Below are positions 47,331 to 55,808 of a stretch of DNA of 64,000 nt, piece by piece (the stretch's first letter is position 1; every line of letters begins with the position of its first letter). Origin of the DNA: Candidatus Cloacimonadales bacterium (GTDB lineage Bacteria > Cloacimonadota > Cloacimonadia > Cloacimonadales > JAIOQZ01); contig OY771587.1 in the NCBI GenBank assembly GCA_963674825.1, positions 2,464,001-2,528,000 on the forward strand, in the 5' to 3' direction. A program made the position numbers and the translations under genes. The notes under the pieces were generated by a model, which did not search any database, was not told the DNA's origin, and saw nothing but the letters and a program-made list of their open reading frames with translations.

Positions 47331-48390
47331 CCAGACGTTCACCGATGCGAATCGTAACGTCAGTACGCTCAATGGCGCGCTGGGCAATACCGATCAGCTT
47401 CTGAAAACCCTTCAGAAGACAATCGATTCGGCGCGAAGCTCGATGGATTCCTTCGGTAGCTCGTCGCGAAAAATGCTGCCCGGGAAATCGGCGATGGCGA
47501 CCTTGCGCGAAAACCACCAGCAAAATCTGGATTGGATGCACGAAGAAGCCAGAACCCGCGAAGAACTCGATTTGAGCGCGATGGAGAGCCAGAAACAGCA
47601 ACAGCAGGTGATGCTTGATACCTTGCGTAACTCGCTGGATCTGAGCTCCGATATGCAGTATTCGGAGTATCTGAAGTTGCAGGAAATGGCGATCGAGCAC
47701 CAGAGCGCCAGCACCGCCATCATGGAATATTACACCAAGGAGCGCAACGACATTCGCCAGAAGGAGCTCAAGCGAGAGTTGGCACGTCAGAAAGAGCTAC
47801 TTTCCGGTACAGCGGATATGTTTGGCGATATGGCCGACATCGCCCGGGCATACGGGCGAGACGGATTCGAGGCGTGGAAACGGCTCTCGATGGTACAAGC
47901 GGTTTTGGATGGCTTGCAAGCCGTGCAGTCCGCATACGCCTGGGGAATGAAATACGGTGGCGCGGCAGCTCCGTTCGTGGCAGCAGCTGCGGCTGCTGTG
48001 GCGACAGCCAAGACAGCGGCAAACGTCGCGGAGATAGAGGCCCAAACATACGCTTATGGTGGCTATGTGTCAGGCCCCGGTAGCGGGACATCCGATTCGA
48101 TTCCGGCTTTCTTGAGCAACGGTGAGTACGTGGTTAACGCGCAAGCGGCAAGCGGGAATCTCGATCTGCTGCACGCGATCAACCACGGCAGCACTGGCAG
48201 CCTCGGAGAAAAGCTCGACCGGATATCATCACAGCTTCGTGCGCTCAACATCAACCTGATCAAGAAAGAATTCAGCGTCCGTACAGGCAGCGGTCGCGAC
48301 AGCGAAACCATTGTCGCGCAAATCGATGCGGTCAGGCAACGACTCACCCTTGGAGGCTACGATGGCTCAGGTGAAAATCTGGCATTATAG
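47305..48390 (+). CDS. Short tail tape measure protein
   Basis: Helical and Ala-rich; C-terminal AYGGYVSGPGSGTSDSIPAFLSNGEYVVNA motif typical of TMPs. Confidence 0.8.
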   Translation: MKRNTTWDNQTFTDANRNVSTLNGALGNTDQLLKTLQKTIDSARSSMDSFGSSSRKMLPGKSAMATLRENHQQNLDWMHEEARTREELDLSAMESQKQQQQVMLDTLRNSLDLSSDMQYSEYLKLQEMAIEHQSASTAIMEYYTKERNDIRQKELKRELARQKELLSGTADMFGDMADIARAYGRDGFEAWKRLSMVQAVLDGLQAVQSAYAWGMKYGGAAAPFVAAAAAAVATAKTAANVAEIEAQTYAYGGYVSGPGSGTSDSIPAFLSNGEYVVNAQAASGNLDLLHAINHGSTGSLGEKLDRISSQLRALNINLIKKEFSVRTGSGRDSETIVAQIDAVRQRLTLGGYDGSGENLAL

Positions 48391-50134
48391 AGACCACCAC
48401 AACGGCGCGAAGTTTGATGGCAATGTCTATGTCAATAGCAACGTCGCGCTTGATGCAGCCGATCTCATCACGCCGGTTCGGTGCCGATTTCGCTTTGCCG
48501 AGTTCGGGATGGGTGTCAGCGTGAAAAGCGTGTGGGGTGTTGGCAACGGAGACGATGCCTGGTCGCTGAAAGTATATTCGACGGGTGGAAAGTATCATCT
48601 GCGTATCCGCTTTCTGGATACGGATTACGATTATACGGATTTGGACCTTAACACCGACGAGATCTACAATGTGAGTATCTATCTGATTGCGACACCGGCA
48701 ATCGTTCTGGATGTACGCGACCGGTACAATAATCCTGTTTACAGCGAAACGCGTGCATCTACATCGTCAGGTACGCTGACAACATCGAATTTGTTTATTG
48801 GCGCGACCAGCGACAGCTCCGGCAATCCGCAGCAGAAGTTCACGGGTACACTGTTCGATTTCTGGTACTACAAGTCTTCAACGCACCGTAAGTTGGTGTT
48901 TTACAAGAACTACGGCGGAGTTGGCGACGCCACGATCAAGGATTTCTTTGGAAACAGGAACGCGGCTGTCTGTGGGACAATTCCAATCGATTTCTGGTCT
49001 GCAAAGACGGATATCTCCGGGGGTATCACCGATATCTCGCCGCTCAAGCACGAGACGGACAGCTATCGCACGCCGGTTCTCACGGATATGTCGTTTACCT
49101 GGTACGGCGAGCAGGACATCCGAATCAACGACACCATCGGAATCGAGGATCCAGTCTCCGGTAAGCAGAACTGGTTTTACCGTGTCTATCGAACCGAGGA
49201 GCAGGATCAAGGATTGATGCGGATCTACTGTGAGAGCATCTTCACCGCGCTCGATCAGGTTCGTTCTGATAGTTTTCTGAACAGCACCAATACATTCACC
49301 ACCACGCGTATCGACTGGTGGAGCAACTACTCTCCGGAATTCTTTACGGGCTCGAATTACGATTCAACAGAATACTATTACGATGCTGGAGTGAGCTCAC
49401 GAAGATGGATTACTCCGATCTTTATCTTCAAGAGCGTGCTGCATTTTCTGCAATACGACAACCTCCTTGCCGTTGACGTAACACAGATTGCAAACACGCT
49501 GTCGGACTTCAGCGATTCCGCATACACGCTCTACTACAAGTGGTTTGCTATTAGCCACTACTCTGTGCGCTTCGCAGGACGGGCAAACAAGGACGACAAT
49601 GACAGCGCCGATATGTCGACGCTACTGCGGGAACTGCTTCTCGTGCTACGGCTGACGTTCTTCATCAATGATGCTGTGGTGACCTATCGTAAGGTGAGTT
49701 ATGGAACAACCGCAATCGCAAACGACGAAAGTTTCGATTACCGGCAGAACATCGAGACGCAGAGAAAGTTCTTCCAGATCAATCAGACTCGGCTGGCAAC
49801 AGGGACGGATTATTGGGATAGCTGGACATCGGACGACTCTGAGGAAATCTCAGTCAGCAATATCAGTAGCTCCTACAAGGTACGGAATTCCGTCATCGAT
49901 GTGAACCTGACAGATCACTTCATCATCCAACGTCACGGTAGCACCAGTAATGCGATTGCGGAGATTGTACCATCGTTTTTAGAGCAGTTGGCCAATACGA
50001 TGGATTGTTCGTTTCGACGCGATATCGCTTACCGCAACGTGAAGACAGGCCTCACTGTAGATATGAACGAAACCTACGTCAGAAAAATCGACGACCTTGT
50101 GAACCAGACATCAGAAATCAAGCAGGAGGTTTGA
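48362..50134 (+). CDS. Tail tip/hub protein with N-terminal LamG/ConA-like domain
   Basis: Start ATG 48362 after GGAGG; NLFIGA...KFTGTLFDFWYY resembles the LamG C-terminal strand motif; follows the TMP. Confidence 0.5.
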   Translation: MAQVKIWHYRDHHNGAKFDGNVYVNSNVALDAADLITPVRCRFRFAEFGMGVSVKSVWGVGNGDDAWSLKVYSTGGKYHLRIRFLDTDYDYTDLDLNTDEIYNVSIYLIATPAIVLDVRDRYNNPVYSETRASTSSGTLTTSNLFIGATSDSSGNPQQKFTGTLFDFWYYKSSTHRKLVFYKNYGGVGDATIKDFFGNRNAAVCGTIPIDFWSAKTDISGGITDISPLKHETDSYRTPVLTDMSFTWYGEQDIRINDTIGIEDPVSGKQNWFYRVYRTEEQDQGLMRIYCESIFTALDQVRSDSFLNSTNTFTTTRIDWWSNYSPEFFTGSNYDSTEYYYDAGVSSRRWITPIFIFKSVLHFLQYDNLLAVDVTQIANTLSDFSDSAYTLYYKWFAISHYSVRFAGRANKDDNDSADMSTLLRELLLVLRLTFFINDAVVTYRKVSYGTTAIANDESFDYRQNIETQRKFFQINQTRLATGTDYWDSWTSDDSEEISVSNISSSYKVRNSVIDVNLTDHFIIQRHGSTSNAIAEIVPSFLEQLANTMDCSFRRDIAYRNVKTGLTVDMNETYVRKIDDLVNQTSEIKQEV

Positions 50135-50168
50135 CGGATGAAACGCTATCCGGGAGAAGGAGGATTCT

Positions 50169-50618
50169 ATGGCATATTGGGGTAACGAAGCTCCCGTCAT
50201 ATACTACGGGACAGCGTATGGTTCCAGCTGGGACCTCGCTGAAGAAGACTGCAACTTCGAATATTCATGGTTGAAAGACCGGGTATTTCACACATCGGTG
50301 ATCACGGGTAAGGTCTCGGTTTATGAGAAGGCATCCAGTGCTAATTACGGCAGGATGCAGGCCGAGATCGTCATCTACAACCTCGATCGCGACTCAATGA
50401 ACATCTTTAAAGCATTACGGGATCAGGAGACGCTCAAGCTGTGTATCCACGGGGACGTAACCGGTACCAACGGATGGGATGTAATCTTCGTTGTGGAAAA
50501 ATACCAATCGTTCGCAACAGGTGAAAGTGGCCTTCCGTATCCACAATACGACAGCGTCTATCTCAAGTTGATCAGTCAGGACTATATAGATCTGAAAAAT
50601 ATCGCGTTAACCACTTGA
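50169..50618 (+). CDS. Putative distal tail/minor tail protein
   Basis: Strong AGGAGG RBS; size and position in the tail module only. Confidence 0.4.
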   Translation: MAYWGNEAPVIYYGTAYGSSWDLAEEDCNFEYSWLKDRVFHTSVITGKVSVYEKASSANYGRMQAEIVIYNLDRDSMNIFKALRDQETLKLCIHGDVTGTNGWDVIFVVEKYQSFATGESGLPYPQYDSVYLKLISQDYIDLKNIALTT

Positions 50619-50647
50619 TATCAATCATAAAAAAAGCAGGAGGGAAC

Positions 50648-50902
50648 ATGGACCGAATTGAAAAGAGTATGCGAATGGTGCCGGAGGATTTCGACATCAT
50701 CAGCGATACTTCCACGCATACCGGAGACTGGTATGCAATCCAGAGCTATAACGCATCGTTTCCGTCTTCCGGTAACACCGTGGGCGGAGCGGACAAGGAT
50801 CTCTCGTCGCTTAATGGCGAGCTTCCTTACGGCGACATCACCTACGGTCACTTCACGCAGATCAGACTCAGCGGCGGGAAGATCAAAGCCTACAAGGGTT
50901 GA
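50648..50902 (+). CDS. Small beta-sandwich virion protein (spike-base-like)
   Basis: 84 aa from ATG 50648 (AGGAGG RBS); C-terminal PYGDITYGHFTQIRLSGGKIKAY. Confidence 0.4.
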   Translation: MDRIEKSMRMVPEDFDIISDTSTHTGDWYAIQSYNASFPSSGNTVGGADKDLSSLNGELPYGDITYGHFTQIRLSGGKIKAYKG

Positions 50903-50905
50903 GCC

Positions 50906-51805
50906 ATGCGTAACGTAGCAATCAACATCCTCACCGATTCTCCGCCCGAGCCGATGGTTGTCATCAAGGCATTCATCACGAATTTCGCCAGCCAGACAGT
51001 GACGATAACCATTCGTGGTATCAGCGGGGCATCATCGAGGATCGACTGGGGCGACGGATGCGCAACCGAATGCAGCCACAACGATCTGGATATCGAATAT
51101 ACGCATACCTATGCCGACAACGGTACATTCACGATCAATATCACAGGTAAACTAAATCTTATCAAGCGCTTCTACGCGTACAACCAGAGCTATATCGGCG
51201 TCAAGATCGAGACGCTCCGCTTTATGAAATCGGTTGATAATCTGTATTGCCATTACACGGCCAGCTACGGCGACATTTCGGTAGGACTGGCTCCCCTGAA
51301 ATCGCTCAAGATTCTCTATCTGAAGCAGACGAATCCTGATAATATCTACGGCGATCTCTCGGTGTTCAATGGTAAGACGTCGACCCTTATTATCGATCTC
51401 AGCGGTAATATCAGGCTGACCGGATCGCTCTCAAACTTCTCGGGACTGGCCGGCATGACGAAGTTGTCTTGCTCGGGAGTGAAGGTCGATGGCGAAATAT
51501 CGGATCTTGCCGATAAACCGCTCGAACTTCTGAGGCTGGACAATACGGGCATTACCGGCTACACCTCAACCGCTCTCTCCTGGAATGTGATCCAGGCGAA
51601 TTTCGACAACCTGTACGGTCTGACAACTCACGAAATCTCGCAGATACTTGTGGATGTGGAAGCTATCGGTAACAGCGGCGGTTCGCTCGATTTCGGTGGG
51701 TGCGGAACCGGATATTCCGACCTCGACTTGGATGGACAGACTGCACACGATATCCTTCTTTCCAGAAGCTGGGATATTACTCTGGATTCTGCGGAGGTAT
51801 TATGA
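50906..51805 (+). CDS. Fibre/receptor-binding protein with PKD-like and leucine-rich-repeat domains
   Basis: IDWGDG...YTHTYADNGTFTI followed by LxxLxL and GDLS/GEISDL repeats. Confidence 0.6.
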   Translation: MRNVAINILTDSPPEPMVVIKAFITNFASQTVTITIRGISGASSRIDWGDGCATECSHNDLDIEYTHTYADNGTFTINITGKLNLIKRFYAYNQSYIGVKIETLRFMKSVDNLYCHYTASYGDISVGLAPLKSLKILYLKQTNPDNIYGDLSVFNGKTSTLIIDLSGNIRLTGSLSNFSGLAGMTKLSCSGVKVDGEISDLADKPLELLRLDNTGITGYTSTALSWNVIQANFDNLYGLTTHEISQILVDVEAIGNSGGSLDFGGCGTGYSDLDLDGQTAHDILLSRSWDITLDSAEVL

Positions 51806-51996
51806 CTGAACTGACACTGCGCTACAGGCTGATCTGGGAAGGGTCAACCAATGTGGTCCGCTGTTGCAAAGAGTTCAATAACGGAACCGTCACTCGCACC
51901 AATCATCCGTGTTTCGAGACCGATACTGCGTCGGAGATCGCAAGCTGGGTCGAACAGGAGAACCTGATCGTACCTGATACGATACAACTTCCATAG
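51802..51996 (+). CDS. Small hypothetical protein (possible fibre chaperone)
   Basis: ATGA overlap with the upstream stop; GGAGG RBS; 64 aa. Confidence 0.5.
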   Translation: MTELTLRYRLIWEGSTNVVRCCKEFNNGTVTRTNHPCFETDTASEIASWVEQENLIVPDTIQLP

Positions 51997-52017
51997 GGTG
52001 TTCAACAGGAGGGCAAT

Positions 52018-52194
52018 ATGGATTGGAAAGTCATACTAAGACATGTAATGAACGTGCTGCCGGTCAAGGTGATCGTCGATGCGTTTATTGACTGGCTCGA
52101 TGAAATGGCGGAAAAGACCGAAAACAAACTCGACGACCACTCAGTTGAAGTCCTGCAACTGATTCTCTACAACGCGTTCGGATGGGCTCGCTGA
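52018..52194 (+). CDS. 58-aa amphipathic protein in the holin position (absent from the ORF track)
   Basis: AGGAGG RBS; MDWKVILRHVMNVLPVKVIVDAFIDWLDEMAEKTENKLDDHSVEVLQLILYNAFGWAR. Confidence 0.6.
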   Translation: MDWKVILRHVMNVLPVKVIVDAFIDWLDEMAEKTENKLDDHSVEVLQLILYNAFGWAR

Positions 52195-52619
52195 TGTCGT
52201 CAAACAGACATTCTCCCCTTTCATCTGAAAGGGGAGTCTTTTTATCGGAAGAAGGCTGGTGTGCGATCAACTTCTTCGTGCGGGAGGAGTTTCTATGTCG
52301 GTGTTGCGGTGAGGAAAGGATTGCTCGGGAACTTGTCTTGAAGCTCGATGATGCACGGCGTATTGCCGGGATTCCCATGATCGTCAATTCGGGATATCGT
52401 TGCCCGAAGCACAACCGGGAAGTCGACGGCTTCGCCACGTCGAGTCATCTCAGGGGCTATGCGGCCGATATATCAACGCCGGATCATCAAACGCGGTTCA
52501 AGATCGTCCGTGCGCTAGTTCTTGCTGGTTTCCAGCGCATTATCATCTACCGGGACAAACGGTTTGTACACGTCGATGTCGATCCCGAAAAACCACAGAA
52601 TATTATGCCGATCGTCTAA
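52194..52619 (+). CDS. Peptidase M15-family endolysin
   Basis: EFLCRCCG, SGYRCPKHN, SSHLRGYAADI (SxHxxGxAxD) and FVHVD motifs; start uncertain (TGATG overlap at 52194). Confidence 0.85.
   Translation: MSSNRHSPLSSERGVFLSEEGWCAINFFVREEFLCRCCGEERIARELVLKLDDARRIAGIPMIVNSGYRCPKHNREVDGFATSSHLRGYAADISTPDHQTRFKIVRALVLAGFQRIIIYRDKRFVHVDVDPEKPQNIMPIV
52213..52243 (+). terminator. Terminator-like hairpin inside the 5' end of the endolysin ORF
   Basis: CTCCCCTTTC-ATCT-GAAAGGGGAG followed by TCTTTTT. Confidence 0.7.
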
Positions 52620-53428
52620 TTGACAGGCAGAAATCCGGTATCTTTAACGATTGCCTGGCCACGCTCGGAAAGGACGAAGCGGACGAAATCGCCGATATGA
52701 CCTCGCGGTTTTCCGTTGGTGTACATGTATAGCTTTCTGGAAAGGGCGTATTCTCCTGAAGATATGGTTTGACTTGAAGGCTCAACTTTTTCTATCGAGA
52801 GAGCTTTCAGGTGGCTTTGCAGGAAACCGATGCCGATATAACCGATAGCGGATTCGGTCATAGCCACAGCATCCGCGACCGATTGATTGCCCTGAACCAG
52901 GATGGCTGTAAGGGTCAGTTCTTCGTCTTTCAGCACGATGTGATTGAACACCTCAAAAGTGCCAGACGAGGGGTCGCGCGAGATAACCAGGATGGGTTTA
53001 TCTGCTCCACCAACTTCCTTCCACGAGGTGATCTTCCCTGTGTAGATATCCTTGAGCTGCTGGAGAGATAAGGTGTTTACTTTGTTGTTGGGATGCACGA
53101 CTACTGCGACACCATCCAGCGCGACCACGGTTCCGTGGAGGTCGATCCCTTTGCTTCTGGCTTTATCGATCTCTATTTTCTTTGCTGCTCGGGAGGCGTT
53201 CCCAACATCCGTTGTTCCATCGATAATGGATGATATTCCCACGCTCGAGCCGGTGGAAGCAAGTTCGATCTCCACGCCTGGATTCTCATCCTCGAAAATC
53301 TGAGCGCACTTTTCGGTAATGGGAAAGACAGTTGTTGAGCCGGTTATATTAATCAGATCGGCTGCAACAAGAGTCGAACCGAGTATAGCGAGTATCGCGA
53401 GACAGAATAACTTCTGATACATGATCAC
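52616..53428 (-). CDS. pstS: Phosphate ABC transporter substrate-binding protein
   Basis: GSTTVFP, TGSSVGI, ASR, SRDPSSGTFE, AIGYIG and LSRKLYMYT motifs. Confidence 0.9.
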   Translation of the reverse strand: MIMYQKLFCLAILAILGSTLVAADLINITGSTTVFPITEKCAQIFEDENPGVEIELASTGSSVGISSIIDGTTDVGNASRAAKKIEIDKARSKGIDLHGTVVALDGVAVVVHPNNKVNTLSLQQLKDIYTGKITSWKEVGGADKPILVISRDPSSGTFEVFNHIVLKDEELTLTAILVQGNQSVADAVAMTESAIGYIGIGFLQSHLKALSIEKVEPSSQTISSGEYALSRKLYMYTNGKPRGHIGDFVRFVLSERGQAIVKDTGFLPVN

Positions 53429-53507
53429 CTCCGGGCCACTATTTGTATGACCTTTACGGGCAGGATGTTATTTGAGGATAATGATTTGAATAAAGACGCA
53501 TGAACCA

Positions 53508-55526
53508 TCAGACGCTTTCGTCTTCTTCCTCGAATGGATCCGCGTTTGCGCAGCCGAGTTTGACCATCGACGTTCCTTCCGTGTAGTCGCCGTATTGCAC
53601 CCGGTCGAGCTTTTCAATGTGCTCCATGATCCCCATAATTCGTTCAAGCGAGGTTTGAATACGGAAAACGAATCGAAGTTGATCGTCGTCTGCGTCACGT
53701 TTTTCGATATTGATACGCAGCATGTCCAGGTTCCCCTGAATGATCATCAATGGCTGATTGATTTCGTGATTCATGGTTACCGCCATTGCGGACATCGATT
53801 TGAGCCGCTCGAATTCGATAAGCTCTTGCTGCGCTTTTTCGAGCTGTCCGTAAGCGTCGGTGAGCGCTTCATGCTGTTCGCTGATCTTCATGTGTAGGCT
53901 TCGTTCGCGCCGTAACCGCGCGATAATATACCAAAGAAAAACGATCGCGCCGATCACCAGCAGTGCCATGGAGATCATCACGACCCGCTGATTGCGCGAT
54001 TTCAAGTTTTCTAGCTCCAACTGTGTTTCGTAGTAGAATTTATCGTGTTCAGCCTGTAAACGCTGCGCCGCCAGGTTGTTTTCCAGTTTCTCGATCTCTT
54101 TTTCCTTCTGAAAGCTCTCGAAAAGGATTTCCATCTCGGCCAGCTTCTGGTGTGAAAGATCGTCGTAGAGCTTATCCTGGAGGTTCATCGCCTGACGGTA
54201 ATGGGTGATAGCACTGTGAATGTTGCCCTGCTTCTCTTTCAATTCGGCGATGCTCTTCTCGATCTGAAGCTGATATTCCTTGTTGCCGCCACCTTCACGC
54301 AATACCACTGACGCCTCGCTAAGTGCAGAGATGGCTTCTGTGCTGTTTCCGGCCATGGCCTGAACGTCGCTGAGGTCGATCAGAAGTGCGGTGAGGAGTC
54401 GTGTGAGGCCTTTATCTTTCGCGATCTCAATCGATTTCTGGCTGTAGCGGATTGCGTCCTGAAATTCTCCTGATTCTGCCAGCGAAAGTCCGATCTTGCT
54501 ATTAGAAAGCGCCATACCTTCAAAGTTCTCGACCTTTGTGTAGGTCGAAAGCGCTTTTTTGAAGTACGTCAGGGCTGTATTGTCCTGCTTAAGATCGTTA
54601 TAGAGTAGGCCGAGATTCATGTAGTTGTCGCCCACATTCGCCCAGTTTTGCAGGCTGATATTCAGTATCTGCGCGTTGGTCATGTATTCGATTGCTTTAG
54701 GGATCTCGCCCAACTTCCGGTAGATAGTGGCCACGCGATCATAGACCACAGCCAGCATATCCTTTCTGTTAGCTTTGGAAAAACTGTCGATCGCCTCGAA
54801 GTACGCTGCCAGCGCTAAATCGAATTCTCCTTTACGCTGATGCGCGTTACCGACATTGATTGCCAGTTCCGCCGAAAGCAGTGGATCGTCGAGTTCCTGC
54901 GAGAGGATGTACGCTTTATCGTAGTATTCCAAGCTGTTGATGATCATCCCCTGGCGGTCGAAATATTGTCCCAACTGCCGGTACGCGCGAATCATAAGCG
55001 TGCGATCGGAGAGGGCGTTGATCTCCAGCACGGCTTCCATTGCCTCGCGAGAAGCAGCACGCATCAGGTTCTGCTGTTCGAAGAAAGTGGCGATTTCAAG
55101 GTGCAGGACAGCGATGAAATGCGAGGGGAGGGTCAATTTGGCATGCTTGATGGCATTTCGATAGAGCTTCTGGGCTTCTTCCTGATCACCGGCTTTGTTT
55201 TCCAACCGCGCGAGTTCCCATTCCGCGAAGGCCTCGGCAGAGTGCATATCGTGCCTTCGGCTGAGTTCCAGCGCTTTGCGGATATAGCGCGTAACCGCTT
55301 TGCTGTCGATGCCGGCGACATTGCTGCTGAGAAGCAAGTAGCTGACTCTGCGCTGTACTGGCAAAGGGCTGTCCTCGTTGATTGCGTCGAGTAGTTCAGA
55401 TTTCCAGCTGACCGGATCGCTCCGAACCGAATCGGCAAGTTCAAGATAGTCGTCAAGCCAGGCTCCGAAGAGCAGATTTCCAATCAAAAAGAGAAGACCG
55501 ATAAGCGACAGCCTCTTTATGATCAT
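53508..55526 (-). CDS. Membrane TPR sensor with a HisKA domain and no HATPase domain
   Basis: Signal peptide from ATG 55526, TPR repeats, TM helix, AMAVTMNHEINQPL; the ORF ends about 80 aa later. Confidence 0.75.
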   Translation of the reverse strand: MIIKRLSLIGLLFLIGNLLFGAWLDDYLELADSVRSDPVSWKSELLDAINEDSPLPVQRRVSYLLLSSNVAGIDSKAVTRYIRKALELSRRHDMHSAEAFAEWELARLENKAGDQEEAQKLYRNAIKHAKLTLPSHFIAVLHLEIATFFEQQNLMRAASREAMEAVLEINALSDRTLMIRAYRQLGQYFDRQGMIINSLEYYDKAYILSQELDDPLLSAELAINVGNAHQRKGEFDLALAAYFEAIDSFSKANRKDMLAVVYDRVATIYRKLGEIPKAIEYMTNAQILNISLQNWANVGDNYMNLGLLYNDLKQDNTALTYFKKALSTYTKVENFEGMALSNSKIGLSLAESGEFQDAIRYSQKSIEIAKDKGLTRLLTALLIDLSDVQAMAGNSTEAISALSEASVVLREGGGNKEYQLQIEKSIAELKEKQGNIHSAITHYRQAMNLQDKLYDDLSHQKLAEMEILFESFQKEKEIEKLENNLAAQRLQAEHDKFYYETQLELENLKSRNQRVVMISMALLVIGAIVFLWYIIARLRRERSLHMKISEQHEALTDAYGQLEKAQQELIEFERLKSMSAMAVTMNHEINQPLMIIQGNLDMLRINIEKRDADDDQLRFVFRIQTSLERIMGIMEHIEKLDRVQYGDYTEGTSMVKLGCANADPFEEEDESV

Positions 55527-55808
55527 CGTTTTCCCCGTACGTGTTTTACTATTCTTACGGTCCCGGTGCAAGACGGTGATAAATTTTCCGTTAAGGCACA
55601 TTGCAGGAGATTAAGACTGCTCTTTTGCGGTGTTGATGAGGACTCCGGACAAAACGTTAACAATCTTCAAGATAGATCAGCTCACAAATGAATATCGTTC
55701 GGCGCATTCTACATGGCCAGGGTAAAATGTTGGTTAGTTTTATACGTGAAGATTGCTTGGGCAATTGTTGAGCTTGACAGCTTCACGAGCGCACGTCATT
55801 GATGCATA

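Larger units (their letters stand above)
42186..52619 (+). mobile_element. Phage-derived head+tail+lysis operon without packaging, integration or replication genes (GTA-like element or prophage remnant)
   Basis: Sixteen co-oriented, tightly spaced ORFs in canonical virion gene order, flanked by ordinary chromosomal genes. Confidence 0.8.

Noticed and set aside
48362..51996. Diversity-generating retroelement (suggested by the BPP-1-like capsid)
   Set aside because: No reverse transcriptase and no TR/VR repeat pair seen.
42361..52619. Complete inducible prophage, R-type tailocin or contractile injection system
   Set aside because: No integrase, repressor, replication, terminase or portal genes; no sheath or baseplate wedge genes; and a capsid is present, unlike tailocins.
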